A DNA stretch of 63,236 nucleotides, filler included. It is 12 parts of 12 records of this genome, joined end to end, with 100 filler letters (N's around TTAATTAATTAA, not from the genome) between each part and the next. Parts side by side here need not be neighbours in the genome. Positions count along the whole stretch, not along the records: positions 19,619 to 27,079 come from SRR7504441_10662; positions 27,180 to 30,394 come from SRR7504441_10663; positions 30,495 to 38,965 come from SRR7504441_10671; 9 more parts are not named here. One strand, 5' to 3'. Below are positions 23,894-34,135 of this stretch, in pieces. The first letter of the stretch is position 1. The number at the start of each line of letters is the position of its first letter. The position numbers and the translations under genes are program-made. The notes beneath the pieces are model-generated. The model ran no database searches and had not been told where the DNA came from. It worked only from the letters and a program-made list of their open reading frames with translations.

Positions 23894-26697
23894 TCAGAAT
23901 CCAAGGAACCTAGACCACACCGAGGAAGTCGACATCTTGGCCATGTCTGTTGCTTCATCGCTAACGGTGTTATCCGCCGCAGCTTTCTCGTCCTTGGCGG
24001 TCTCGTTGTCCAGTTCCTTAGCCTTGGATTCTAAGGCTTCCACTGCTGCGGCTGTGCCTGCAGCGGTATCCCCAGCTGCTGTCTCGTCGTCCTTAGCACT
24101 CTCTTCCTTCGCCTTGGCAACTTTTTCGAGGGCGGCGTGCGTGGTTTGGGCAGCTTTCAAGTGGCTCGAGACGGTCTCCAGCTGCTTTGCTAGCGCTTCT
24201 TGCAGCTTGAGCTTGCTGTGCAGCTTGACGCCAATGTTCAGTGTCTCGTGCTTGGTGTCCTCCGCTTGGGCCTCCAGCATCTGGTTCGCATTGGTTAGCT
24301 TGTCCAGCTCCGCCTGAAGCTCCAGGATCTGGTCACCCTTGCCTCTCGCCTTTGCCGCAGCTGCAGCCAGGTCCGAATGTACCAGTTGCAGCGACTTGCT
24401 GTCGCTTTTGAGCCCTCGCTTGGCCAGGACAATGTTGCTCTCCGACTGGGCCTGCTCAGGCCGAACCATCGCGATCTTCTCCTTCAGCGACTGAAACCGG
24501 CTGGTGCCGGAAGCGTCCGCTTGTCGAATGACCGTCTCGAGTTCAGCAATCGCCTCTTGAGCTCGACTCTCCGCGGCCTCTGATTTGGCCTGTGCAAAGC
24601 TGATCGCCTCCTTCACAGCATCGGCAACCGCCCCTTTCTCCCCAGAGACAGCACGTGCGATGGCTGACTTCGCCTCCGAACGAGCCACACCCGCAGCTGC
24701 TACCGCCTTGTTGTCCTCGTCGACCTCTTGGGTCCTTTCGAGTCCAATAGCCCTGAATAGCGCAGCAATCTGCCACCCAACAATAAGTCTGCAAACAGGC
24801 CTTAAAAGTCACCTTGGTCTCGGCCGCTTGTTTGATGGCGTTGATGCGCGATTCCGACGCGCTTTGCAGCTTGGCAATCTGGCTGTTGGCATGTTGGTGG
24901 ACCTTTGCTACAGCCACATTGCTTCTGTTCTGGACAGCCTGATCTTGCGCCTTGAGCGCCGCAACGCGGGCCATTGCCGCGGCATACTCGGCTTGGATCC
25001 GATGTTTGCTGCTGGTGTCGGTGGCGTTTTCTAACTGGGTAACTGACTCCTTCCGGAGAAGGCTGTCCTGTGCTTTCTTGTTTGTCTGGTCGATCTTGCC
25101 ATCGTGCTTGGTCTTGGAAAGCTGCTCCTGGAGCTTGTTGAGCGTCTCCTGGAGCTCCGCCTGCTCCTTCTTGGCCCGTGCGGCCTCCTCCTGCATCTCG
25201 GCCAGCAGTTCCTTGTCCTCCGCCTCACTAGACTCCCGCAGACTGGCCCGACTCTTGTCTGCCCCATCCACCAGCTGCTTCCGCCGCGCGGCCGCCTCCT
25301 TGACGGTCTTAGCCTCCTGCTGCTCCAAGCCCTTCTTCTGCTCCTGCAGGTCCTGGACCTTGGCTTCGATCTCGGCCATGGCCGCCTCGAACGCCTCCAG
25401 CTCGGCCGCTGCACGCGACCCGCTACGGTGTATCTCAGCTCGGGCGCCCTCCACCTCGGCTTGCATCTGACTGGCTTGGGCGGCATCCGCCTTGGCGCCG
25501 GCAGCGGCCACCTCATCTTTGGCCAGTTGCTTGGCCAGCTCCTCCGCCTTGGTTCCAAGCAGCTTGGCCGAGGCCTCCTCTTTGGCCGTCTGGTCCAGCA
25601 TAAGGTCAACCTTGGCCTCCTCGCCCTTCTGCTTCTCCTCACCGCCGGCGGCCTGCTCCTGCAGGACCTTGGTCTTGGCCTCCAGCTTGGCCTTAGCCTT
25701 GGCCGCATGCTGCACGTTGGTCTTCATGGTCTCGATCTTGCCCTCAAGTCCCACAGCTCCAAGCTCGGCATCCCGCAGCTCCGACTCCATCTGGTCCGCC
25801 TCCGCTCGCATCCGGGCCACCTCCTCCTCCTGCTTGTTTGCCGCGACGGCCGCCGCTCTCTTCTCGCTATCCGCCCTGCGCAATCGCTCAGCTCACGGAC
25901 GGCTCTGCGGCTTACTCCTGTTGGAGCGATCCGGCCTTGGACTCTTGATCGGCCAGCTCGATCTTCATCTGGCTCACCCTGTTCTCCTCCGCCCGCTGCC
26001 GGGCCTCCTCTTGGACATCCATCTGCTGCAGCTGCCCGCCGGCTTACCCCGCCGCATGACTGTTGCAAGCACCTGATGTGCCATCGTCCGCTTCACCTCG
26101 GCCGCCTTGCCGTCCAGCTCGATCTTCTTCCGATTGAACCTGCCGCAGGGCTCGCCCGGCCGGTCGGCCGCCGGCGCGCACTTGGCCTGAAGCTTCTCAC
26201 GGAGCATGTCGGTCTGCATCTTGGACTGCTTCTGGAGGAATGCCGCGTTGCTCACGGCCTTCTTCTCGGCCGCGCCTACTTTGGCCTCCAAGTCATCGAC
26301 CTCCTCCTGGAGACGCGCCATCTGCCCGCATGCGCTCAGCCGGAGCGGGCGGCGAGAGGCGGGGCACCTCCTCCTGCTCGTGGGCTTCGGAAGGTGAGAG
26401 CGACTCGCCCACAGCCGGGTGGCTGCTGGCCAGCTCGAACCCGGCGGCAACCCCCAACTCCGGCCGGGCCGCCGGCTTGTCGCTACCCGAGGTCTGGAGC
26501 AGGCTGAGCGACGAGCCGCCCGTCTGCGCGCCCGCCTGCGCCGGAGGGTCGGCCCCGGCCCGCCCACCGCCCCGCACCGCCCCGAGCAGCTGGTCGTCCA
26601 GGTCGGCCAGCCGGGCCATCAGGCCCGACTCCCCCTCGGCCGCCGCCCCGACCGCCAGCGAGAGTAGCGTCGCTACCATCGCCAAAGGCGACCTCAT
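23894..26697 (-). CDS. Secreted Ala/Glu/Lys-rich coiled-coil protein, multi-exon
   Basis: Signal peptide MRSPLAMVATLLSLAVGAAA, an SLLQ motif, and long heptad exons (24543-25883 and 23894-24688 ORFs). Confidence 0.75.
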
Positions 26698-26721
26698 TTT
26701 TTGCTTCTCTGAGGTAAGTTC

Positions 26722-26727
26722 CAACGG
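26722..26727 (+). promoter_or_regulatory. YAACGG (Myb-type) motif
   Basis: CAACGG ~25 bp upstream of ATG 26697. Confidence 0.5.
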
Positions 26728-27196
26728 CTAAAATAATATTTCGACACCCTTCGACTACCAGCGTCCAGAGCGGCGGCGCAGACCGGAGCGGGGCGCATCA
26801 CTGGCATGCAGCTTGGTACATATCAAAGCAATTATGTCATCTAATGGCCGGGACACAAACTAGATAATTATGTCGTACGTACGTACAGATCAAGGTACCG
26901 ACGGAAAGTAAATAATTAATTAGTTCCTGATGTAAATGCGACAAGTGAACCGCACTGGAACCGCACTAATCCATGACTAATCAACCGGTGTTACTCGTAC
27001 ATCCTCGAGCGTTGCCCGTCTCGCTAAAGATGTCCTTCATTATGCGCATGGTCACCGAGAAGGCGGTCTCGGGCCGGACNNNNNNNNNNNNNNNNNNNNN
27101 NNNNNNNNNNNNNNNNNNNNNNNTTAATTAATTAANNNNNNNNNNNNNNNNNNNNNNNNNNNNNNNNNNNNNNNNNNNNTTTCTTGCTCCTCCTCT

Positions 27197-27630
27197 TCAC
27201 TTTCCTCCCTCGAGGCCAGCACAGCTTCGGTGGAATACACGTCCGCATGGCCCTTGGCAAACCCACTCGCGAAGCTGCAGCACCTCCAATTCCCTTGCTA
27301 CATTCAGTAAGTCTCCCTTTTTGTCCATCACCACCACCCGCACGGGGCTGCTGCTGAGGGTGGTCTGACGTCTGCAGTTGTGCTCCATGGGAGTGCCGCT
27401 AATGGGTACGAGGAACAGATGATTGTCGACGTGCTCTCTAACGCTAATGTTTGCAGCCTTGCCCACAAGGTCCACCAAGTTTGCAGGAGGACCTTAAGTG
27501 TGATGGCACACAACAGCATCCAACATGTTTTGAAGGTTTGGCTCCTTGCCAGTCAGGGTGCAATTATCCCATGCCAGAGTGATGCTTCTCTCGCCACTCC
27601 GAAAGCACTTGGTAAACAGATCTGTAGAGC
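27197..27630 (-). pseudogene. Decayed DDE/D (Sola-like) transposase remnant with a PHD-like Cys/His tail
   Basis: One frame reads GERSITLAWDNCTLTGK...CHHT*GPP..LVDLV...WVCQGPCGRVFHRSCAGL with an in-frame TAA. It resembles the GE..v.l.aDNC.gQNKN / GHTKF.PD blocks of Sola-type transposases, with internal deletions. Confidence 0.4.
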
Positions 27631-27736
27631 TAAGAGATTCAACACTTTGAAATCAGAGGGCTAGTTCTCTAAGCTAGCTATTTTCAAGGAATTGAAGGCC
27701 TAATTCTCTATTAAATGGTGTTTCTCTAAATGGTAG

Positions 27737-27742
27737 CAACGG
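27737..27742 (+). promoter_or_regulatory. YAACGG (Myb/MSA-type) motif
   Basis: CAACGG ~100 bp upstream of the ANAPC7 ATG (27843). Confidence 0.5.
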
Positions 27743-27842
27743 ACTGTACTGTAAAGGAATTGATTAATAAAAGGGCGCGGTGTAAATATTATTTATTATT
27801 TATTACGAATCGCAGAGACACCAGCTCTGGAAGTGCTCGGCG

Positions 27843-30111
27843 ATGGATCAGGACACGGCCATGTTCGACCGGATCGCCCAGCTGACCGAGGACGGGATGT
27901 ACCAGTCGGCCGAAATCCTGGTCCCGCCTGCCCCGCCGCTCCGCGCCAGCCCGGCCGCAGGGCCACTTCCTGCTCACCTCGCACCCGACCGGCAGCCTGG
28001 GCCGGATCCAGGCTCTCGAGGCGTTCGGCAACGTGATGATCAAGACGAAGCAGTTTAAGCGGGCGCTGGTGCGGCGCCAGCCATAGTCATGACGGCCGGA
28101 TGCCGGCTGCTGCCACAGGACTACCTGAACGAGGCTCTGACCACCCGGCGGTCGCACAAAGTCGGCCGGACTCAGGCTGCCGACGCCCAGCTCCGGCTCA
28201 AGATCGCCCAGTGCTATGTAGAGGTCGGCGACAGCAAGCGGGCGCTCGAAACAGTCCGTTGGCCGGTGGCTCCGGGCGAGCGGGGCGGACAGCTCGAGTC
28301 GACCCCGGCCCGGCAGCGGACCCCGAACGCCAACATGCTGATCGGGCACCTGAGCCGGCACAAGGCGGACAGGGCGGCGGTGACGGCGTACAAGGAAGTG
28401 CTCCGGTGGGTGTGGGTCAGTATCCGGCTCAATTGGGCCAGGGTGAATCCGTGGGCGGTCGAGGCTGTGCTGGCGCTGCAGGAGCTAGGTGCGTGGGACA
28501 CAATCGACAGCTTGCGGCTGTCCGAGACCTGGCAGGCAGCTATCCGGGTCTGGCCTGGTGCACTGAATGTTGCACAGGGTGGTGCGGGGCAGCCGGCAGC
28601 GCCGTGGTTATGCGACGTTGTGGCGGCGCACGCGTGCACGGAGCGGTACGAGCACAGGGAGTCTCTGAGCATCTACGGGCAGCTTCAGGCGCAGGTCGGG
28701 CGCGAATGGCGGCCGGCGGGCTGAGCCGGGCTGGCAGTTTCCGGACAACCTGTACATCCTGCTCGAGAGCGCCAAAGCTCACCTGCTGCTGGACAACTAC
28801 TCAGACGCTGCACACAACTACGAGGCGCGAGCCGCAGCTGACCGATCAGTGAGGCTGGGGGTTCAGCTGGCCCGGGGGATGGACCCGAGCAACCTGAGCG
28901 GGATGGACCTTTACGCCTCCACCATGATCCACCTGCCGCAGGCCACAGCACTCACTAGGCTGTCCAAGCTCTCTCGCGCGCTCATGCAGGCGCAAACCCA
29001 GCCGGCGAGCGGGACTCACCGCCCGGCAGGTGTCCACAGATCGCCCGGAGGCGTGGTCAGCAGCCGCGCTGTACGCCGATCTAAAGGTTGCAGTATGCGG
29101 CTCTGGCGGCTGAGCAGTTGCAGGGGAGTTGTGAGGATAGGGAGCAAGCGCTCAGTTTCGCTGAGCGGGCAATACACTTGGATACGCGGCATGTGTAATC
29201 CAGCTCCAGTGTGCCCAGCTCAGCTGCTGATTGGCAGGTGCTCGTATGTGCTGTATGGGTATCTGGCTCTGTCGTCGGGGTTTGCAGACAAGGTCTAGCG
29301 TGGCTCGACCAGCCAGCCGACCACCCGGCAGGCTATCACAGCGTTCCGGATGGCGTACCAGCTGCGGCGGGAGATATTGGTGTTCCAAGGGCTGGTCGAG
29401 GCGTACCTGTCCGTGGGCAAGGCAGCCGGGTCGGTGGGGCAGTGCCGAGCCGGTGCAGGTGAAGGAAGCGTTGACCATTGCCAAAGAGGCGCTCCAGCTG
29501 ATGAAAAATGATCCGAAGGCGCTCTACTTGATAGGCCGAGTGCTCTCTCAGACACAGAGCGTCGAGGGCCGCGCCAAGGCACGCAAGGCATTCAACAATG
29601 CGATTGCGAAAGACAAATACTGCACCGATGCAGTGATCTCTCTCGTCCGGTGTGCTGCCCGCTTGTCCACCGATGACAGTCGGTGCTCTCAGCTTAGACA
29701 TGGACGAGAAGAAGCCACAGGACGCGCTACGAAGGCTGCAGAAGCACCTCGAGATTGACGTACCCCTTGCCTCCGATGCTGCAGCCTGAGCGTGGCGCAG
29801 AAAAATGATTCGGTGCAGTGCGAGCTCGGGGAGCTGCTGAGCAAGCTGCACAAGTTCCAAGAGGCGCTCCCGCACTTCCACACCGTGCTGGCCGAGAACC
29901 CCAAGCACGAGCGGGCCCAACGAGGTGCTTGATGATCACTGACTGGAGCCGATGGTGTGCAGGGCTGGATCGGCTGCAGAAGCTCATCAAGGGGCTCGAC
30001 CCTGACGCAGAGGAGGACGACGAGGAGCTGGACGAAGAGGGCGTCGATGAGGTAACCGGGCTTACCAATATCGAGGCCAGTGAGTGCTCGCAGGATCTGG
30101 ATGACGATTGA
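27843..30111 (+). CDS. ANAPC7: Anaphase-promoting complex subunit 7 (TPR protein), ~16 short introns
   Basis: Spliced product includes YQSAEILG, LESTPARQRTPNANMLIG, AYKEVLRVNPWAVEAV, FPDNLYIL, GMDLYA, RPEAW, QGLVEAYL...KEAL and AQRGLDRLQKLIKGLDPDAEEDDE. Confidence 0.92.
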
Positions 30112-30494
30112 GCGGTCGATTCGCTGCCTTCCAAGAGAGCTCATCAGTACAGTAGCTCATTGGTCAGTCATCGGTGGCTAATTATTTGGTGGCGTGTTGA
30201 TAAGTACTCCAATCAATGATTGAACTTTTATCATTTTGATTTTTCGTAGATTTTTCGCTGAAAATAGGCGATTGTAGGGGGCTGAGCAGCACTGGAAATT
30301 GTTATGTGGAAAAGCGCGTTAATTAACGTTTAAGTTGACCTGGATCGGCGAGGTGGGACCGCTTTGCATGTTTGTTCGTCGAGCGATAGCGATTNNNNNN
30401 NNNNNNNNNNNNNNNNNNNNNNNNNNNNNNNNNNNNNNTTAATTAATTAANNNNNNNNNNNNNNNNNNNNNNNNNNNNNNNNNNNNNNNNNNNN

Positions 30495-30737
30495 GCCGGG
30501 CGGCGGCATCCCGAGCCGGGACGAGCAGCAGATCACGATGGCCGCCCCCTCCTTGAGGGAGTTGAAGTCAAAGGCGTTGCCCTCCACCGGCTCGCTCACC
30601 TGCCACCGGGCTGGGCGCGGCGCCCGCCGGCCCGGCGCCTGCAGCCCGGCCGGCCTGGCCTCATAGATGGTCTGGATGTCCCGGATCGAGTTGTCCTCCA
30701 CAAAGGAGCCGTACACCAGCGCCACCGGACCGGGCAT
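30495..30737 (-). CDS. Flavodoxin-like domain protein, 5' part (3'-partial)
   Basis: MPGPVALVYGS...PVEGNAFDFNSL...IVICCSSRLGMPP, resembling the flavodoxin beta1 strand and S.G.PP loop. Confidence 0.55.
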
Positions 30738-30843
30738 CTCCGCAGTGGGGTCCCCTCGGATCTGACCGGTTTGTATCATATGGTAACTGGTTCGGAAACG
30801 GCGGGATACCCTCGGCGTTTCCGCCGCGCGCGCAGCAGTTGCA

Positions 30844-31286
30844 ATGCCCGGCCCGATGCAGCAGCCCGGCGCAAAGCTGTTCCAGCACATCGTCCCAGCC
30901 GCCCTCGGCACCTTCGGGCTCTGCTACCTCCAACACCAGCAGGTCTTGCGCTCGGTACGGCCCCCCGAGCGCCGCCCGGGCTTAAGCTGCCGCAGGGGCT
31001 GCAGCCGGCCACCATGTCGGCCGAGTGGCAAGCGGCCACCGTGGGCTACCTAATGAGTCGGCCATGCGAGGCGACCGGCTACGAGGCGGACGGTTTGAAG
31101 CTTCTCAGCGACCCAATCCGACATGTAACCATTAGACTCGCACGATCTGATGGCTGATTCAGACCGCGGTGGACGCCGAGTCCGGGCGGGCTGTCCAGTG
31201 GAAGGCGACCAAGGACCTCAAGTGACCGGCCCGGCCTTGTTTTGCTGACCCCGCTTGCAACCTGTAGGAATCCTTGGCCCGGCTAA
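30844..31286 (+). CDS. Small single-TM protein resembling cytochrome c oxidase subunit IV (COX4/fungal Cox5), 3 introns
   Basis: A hydrophobic segment followed by PATMSAEWQAATVGYL...DPI, matching the P.Tm..EWq.a...y.....nPi C-terminal COX4 motif. Confidence 0.55.
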
Positions 31287-31502
31287 CACTGGCTTCGTGG
31301 CTTATTCCAAGCGCTAGCAGTTAGCTAATGCCATAGAGGCCACCGGTGCGGCCAATGACTGGAGCCGCCCTGCGCTAGAGTCTACTACTTCTCGGAGTCG
31401 CGCTGATGCATGTATCTTGCGCATAAAGCTCGGTGATGTTAAGTTGGTTCGTGTCTTCGACCTTGGTGCGGGGCACCCTTTACTATGGCTTTACTTACTC
31501 TA

Positions 31503-31564
31503 CTCAACATAAAACTATCATTGATTATATTGATGCAACTATACTCTTGTAATGCGCATAAAAA
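31503..31564 (+). repeat. ~60-bp AT-rich direct repeat, copy 1
   Basis: CTCAAC(C)ATAAAACTATCATTG..TAT.TTGA.GCAACTATA(TA)CTCTTGTAATGCGCATAAAAA; copy 2 is at ~34035-34099. Confidence 0.85.
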
Positions 31565-31881
31565 CTCCATCATAGCCTTTTTACTGATAACGACAATCAT
31601 TCTAGACCATCAAATACTGCTACTCACAACAGATGGGCGCCTGGCGATAAGCTCGATGACTCTGACGGTTCATGGCAGCTGTACGTAGAGGCTTGCAAAT
31701 CGCGGTGTTTACGGCTACTATACTATACGTACGTACTCGTATAAGCTTAGGGTGGTGGCCAATAAAGCAGAACGATACTTAGAAAATCGATCATCGAATG
31801 ATTAAGATACTCGTAAATATACTGGCGATTTCCTTTCTGCAAGTATGTATGAATACGTGTGGGATCGCGACTACATGTAAA

Positions 31882-33943
31882 TCACGACGGCTTTAGCGTA
31901 CTGAGCACTTTGGGAGTGCTCACGTGACTGTGCGTACCTCGCAGGCCCTGACCCCCGCTCAGCCTCCACTCCCCGGCCGGCCGCGCCTGCAGGTGACTCA
32001 ACAGCCGGCGCACGCCCTCCTCTGAGATGCTTTCCGGCCGGCCTAATAGCTGCGCCGCCTCCCCGAACTGGGCTATCACCGCTGCTGCCTCGCTGACGGT
32101 TATAGCCCGGCCAACAGCCGTGCTCAGAATGCTCGAGAATTCCTCCGGCCCGAGCACTCCGGCCGGCCGGGCCCGCAGGTGCGCCATCACAATGTCCTGC
32201 GGTCACTTAACACTGTTTAATATTTGATCCGACCTGTATGTCGTCGTCCCGCCCCATGATCGGAAGCAGCGCCTCGCGTGAGGCCCGATTGGCGTTGATC
32301 TCCGAGCGCGATTGCCCCCCGAGTGAGCTGAGACTAACTGTTGGGACTGCGGCCATCGAGCCGCCCACGGCCAGGCAGGCGGTTGAGAATAAGTAGAACA
32401 TGGCTGGGTGATCCTCAAACCCGGAGATCAGATTCATGCCGGCGAACGAGGCTCCGACTACCGCCCCGGAGCACCTGGAGCCTCGCTCAGCGCTAGTGGC
32501 TAGCTCCGGCACCCGAGCGCCGCGATCGAGATGAGTACGTTTGTCCGGATAATCCGATTCCGGTAGTTGTCCATGTTAATGTTAACCACCTTTCTAACAG
32601 CTCCAGGCCGCGCCCGGGGCCGTTACTCACCTCCTGGGTGGCCCTCACGCGCCTGCGGAGCACCTGCGCAGCGTCAGCAGAGCGGCCGACTGGGCTGCAG
32701 CCTGGCATTCTCGGGCGATCGTAGCGAACTCGCGCGTGTGAGTCTCGAGCAGCAACTCGACCTGCCCTAGCTGAGCCTCCACCTCCCACTGGCCACCTCC
32801 TCGTGTTCGCTCAACGCAATCGGTTCACCTGATGAGGCTTGGTGTGAGCCCAGTCACAGGACGCATCTACCGGCCAGACGGTGCTTCTCGGTAAGCATCA
32901 GCTGGACCATATCCTCGTCGCTCTGGAGCAGATCGTTGAGCACATCCTGCCCCGAGCTCAACCGTGCTGCATGCAGCAGCCCACCTTGATCGCGGCCACG
33001 GCGCTGTGCAGAGTCTCGAGCGAATTCTGGAGTACGAGCACCTGCCAGCGGCTATTATTATTAACATTATTATTTAATTATCCACCTCGCGGAGCACGGC
33101 CGGCCGCAGATTGCCGTGGATCTGTGCCGAGCTCTCCTGCAGCAGAATTGATTAGTCCGGAGTGGGATTAATCCAATAATCACCTCCATCTCCACAAGCA
33201 GCCGGCTGACCGAAGGCTCCAGGCAGGCCAGTCGGTGCGCGTACCTGCCCGCCGGTGAGCCCTGCCGTTGCGGGCCGGCGCTTTGTGGCCACGGCCGACA
33301 GGATCCCGTCCAACGCTCTGCACTCGAAAGGCACCTCGGTCTGACTGCCCTCAGCCAACGGTCGGATAAGCTGCAGCAGAATCAGTCGGCCCAAACGGCA
33401 GGCTGCCTGCTCGGCCGGCTCGCCGTCGGACGGGCCGGCGGTGGCCCCTGGCTGGGCGGCGGCAAGGTAGCCTCCGAACCCGAGCCCAAAGTAACGGACC
33501 ACCGGCCGGCCCACGTCGAACAGAATCATCCGGTCCCTGCAGCCCGGTCTGGGCGCCAACGGAAATATAACGGACACCGGTGGATCACGGCCTTGATATG
33601 CGACAGCGACACTTTGATCGCTCCGCTGGTCGGCACGATCAGCGGCCGGGCTCTGCCGTGCCGTCGGGCGGGCGGGGGAGGGCCGGCACCGGTCATCCTC
33701 CGGGGAGCCCGCGGTGAGCATAATCAGGTCTCGGTCGATCAGCCCAGACTGCTGGTGCAGCTCGCGCAGCCCAAGCTGCTGCTGCCGGTGCCGGCCGTCC
33801 TTGCAGAACTGCCACACTTCGAATTGAGAGGCCGCGATCCGGCTGCCGCTGTACGCCGCCCCGGCGATGCACTCGAGCGGCTCCAACGGCATGCTCTGCG
33901 TCCACCGCACCAGCAGCCTCCGCCCCGCCAGACACCGCGCCAT
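31882..33943 (-). CDS. MRS2: MRS2/CorA-family Mg2+ transporter, >10 short introns
   Basis: RDLIML, PFECRALDGIL, LNDLLQSDEDMVQLML, EEVELLLE, INMDNYRNRIIR and the signature FAGMNL.SGFE. Confidence 0.92.
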
Positions 33944-34034
33944 CCCGCGTTGGCGCTCAGCCGCCCATGTGCCACACACCGGTGAGTTTTTCAGCGATCG
34001 ATGCGGGAGCTCGAGTGATGACCCGTCAGCTGTT

Positions 34035-34099
34035 CTCAACCATAAAACTATCATTGCTTATTTTGAAGCAACTATATACTCTTGTAATGCGCATAAAAA
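34035..34099 (+). repeat. ~60-bp AT-rich direct repeat, copy 2
   Basis: Near-identical to 31503-31564. Confidence 0.85.
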
Positions 34100-34135
34100 T
34101 ACGGTGTATATATGTCTAATCAGGGCTGTACTGAA

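Noticed and set aside
25104-26507. Long antisense or alternative-frame ORFs (e.g. 25104-26507 +, 43415-44629 +, 44626-45819 -, 18766-19455 +)
   Set aside because: Shadows of GC-rich, codon-biased genes on the opposite strand, with no recognisable domains.
31330-31480. Possible snoRNA or other ncRNA downstream of the COX4-like gene
   Set aside because: No convincing C/D box pair with a terminal stem or H/ACA structure by eye; an Infernal/Rfam scan would be needed.
27843-33943. Frequent frame changes and in-frame stops in conserved genes, suggesting an alternative genetic code, readthrough or pseudogenes
   Set aside because: All are resolved by 35-55 nt G(T/C)-AG introns, and TAA, TAG and TGA are each used as normal terminal stops.
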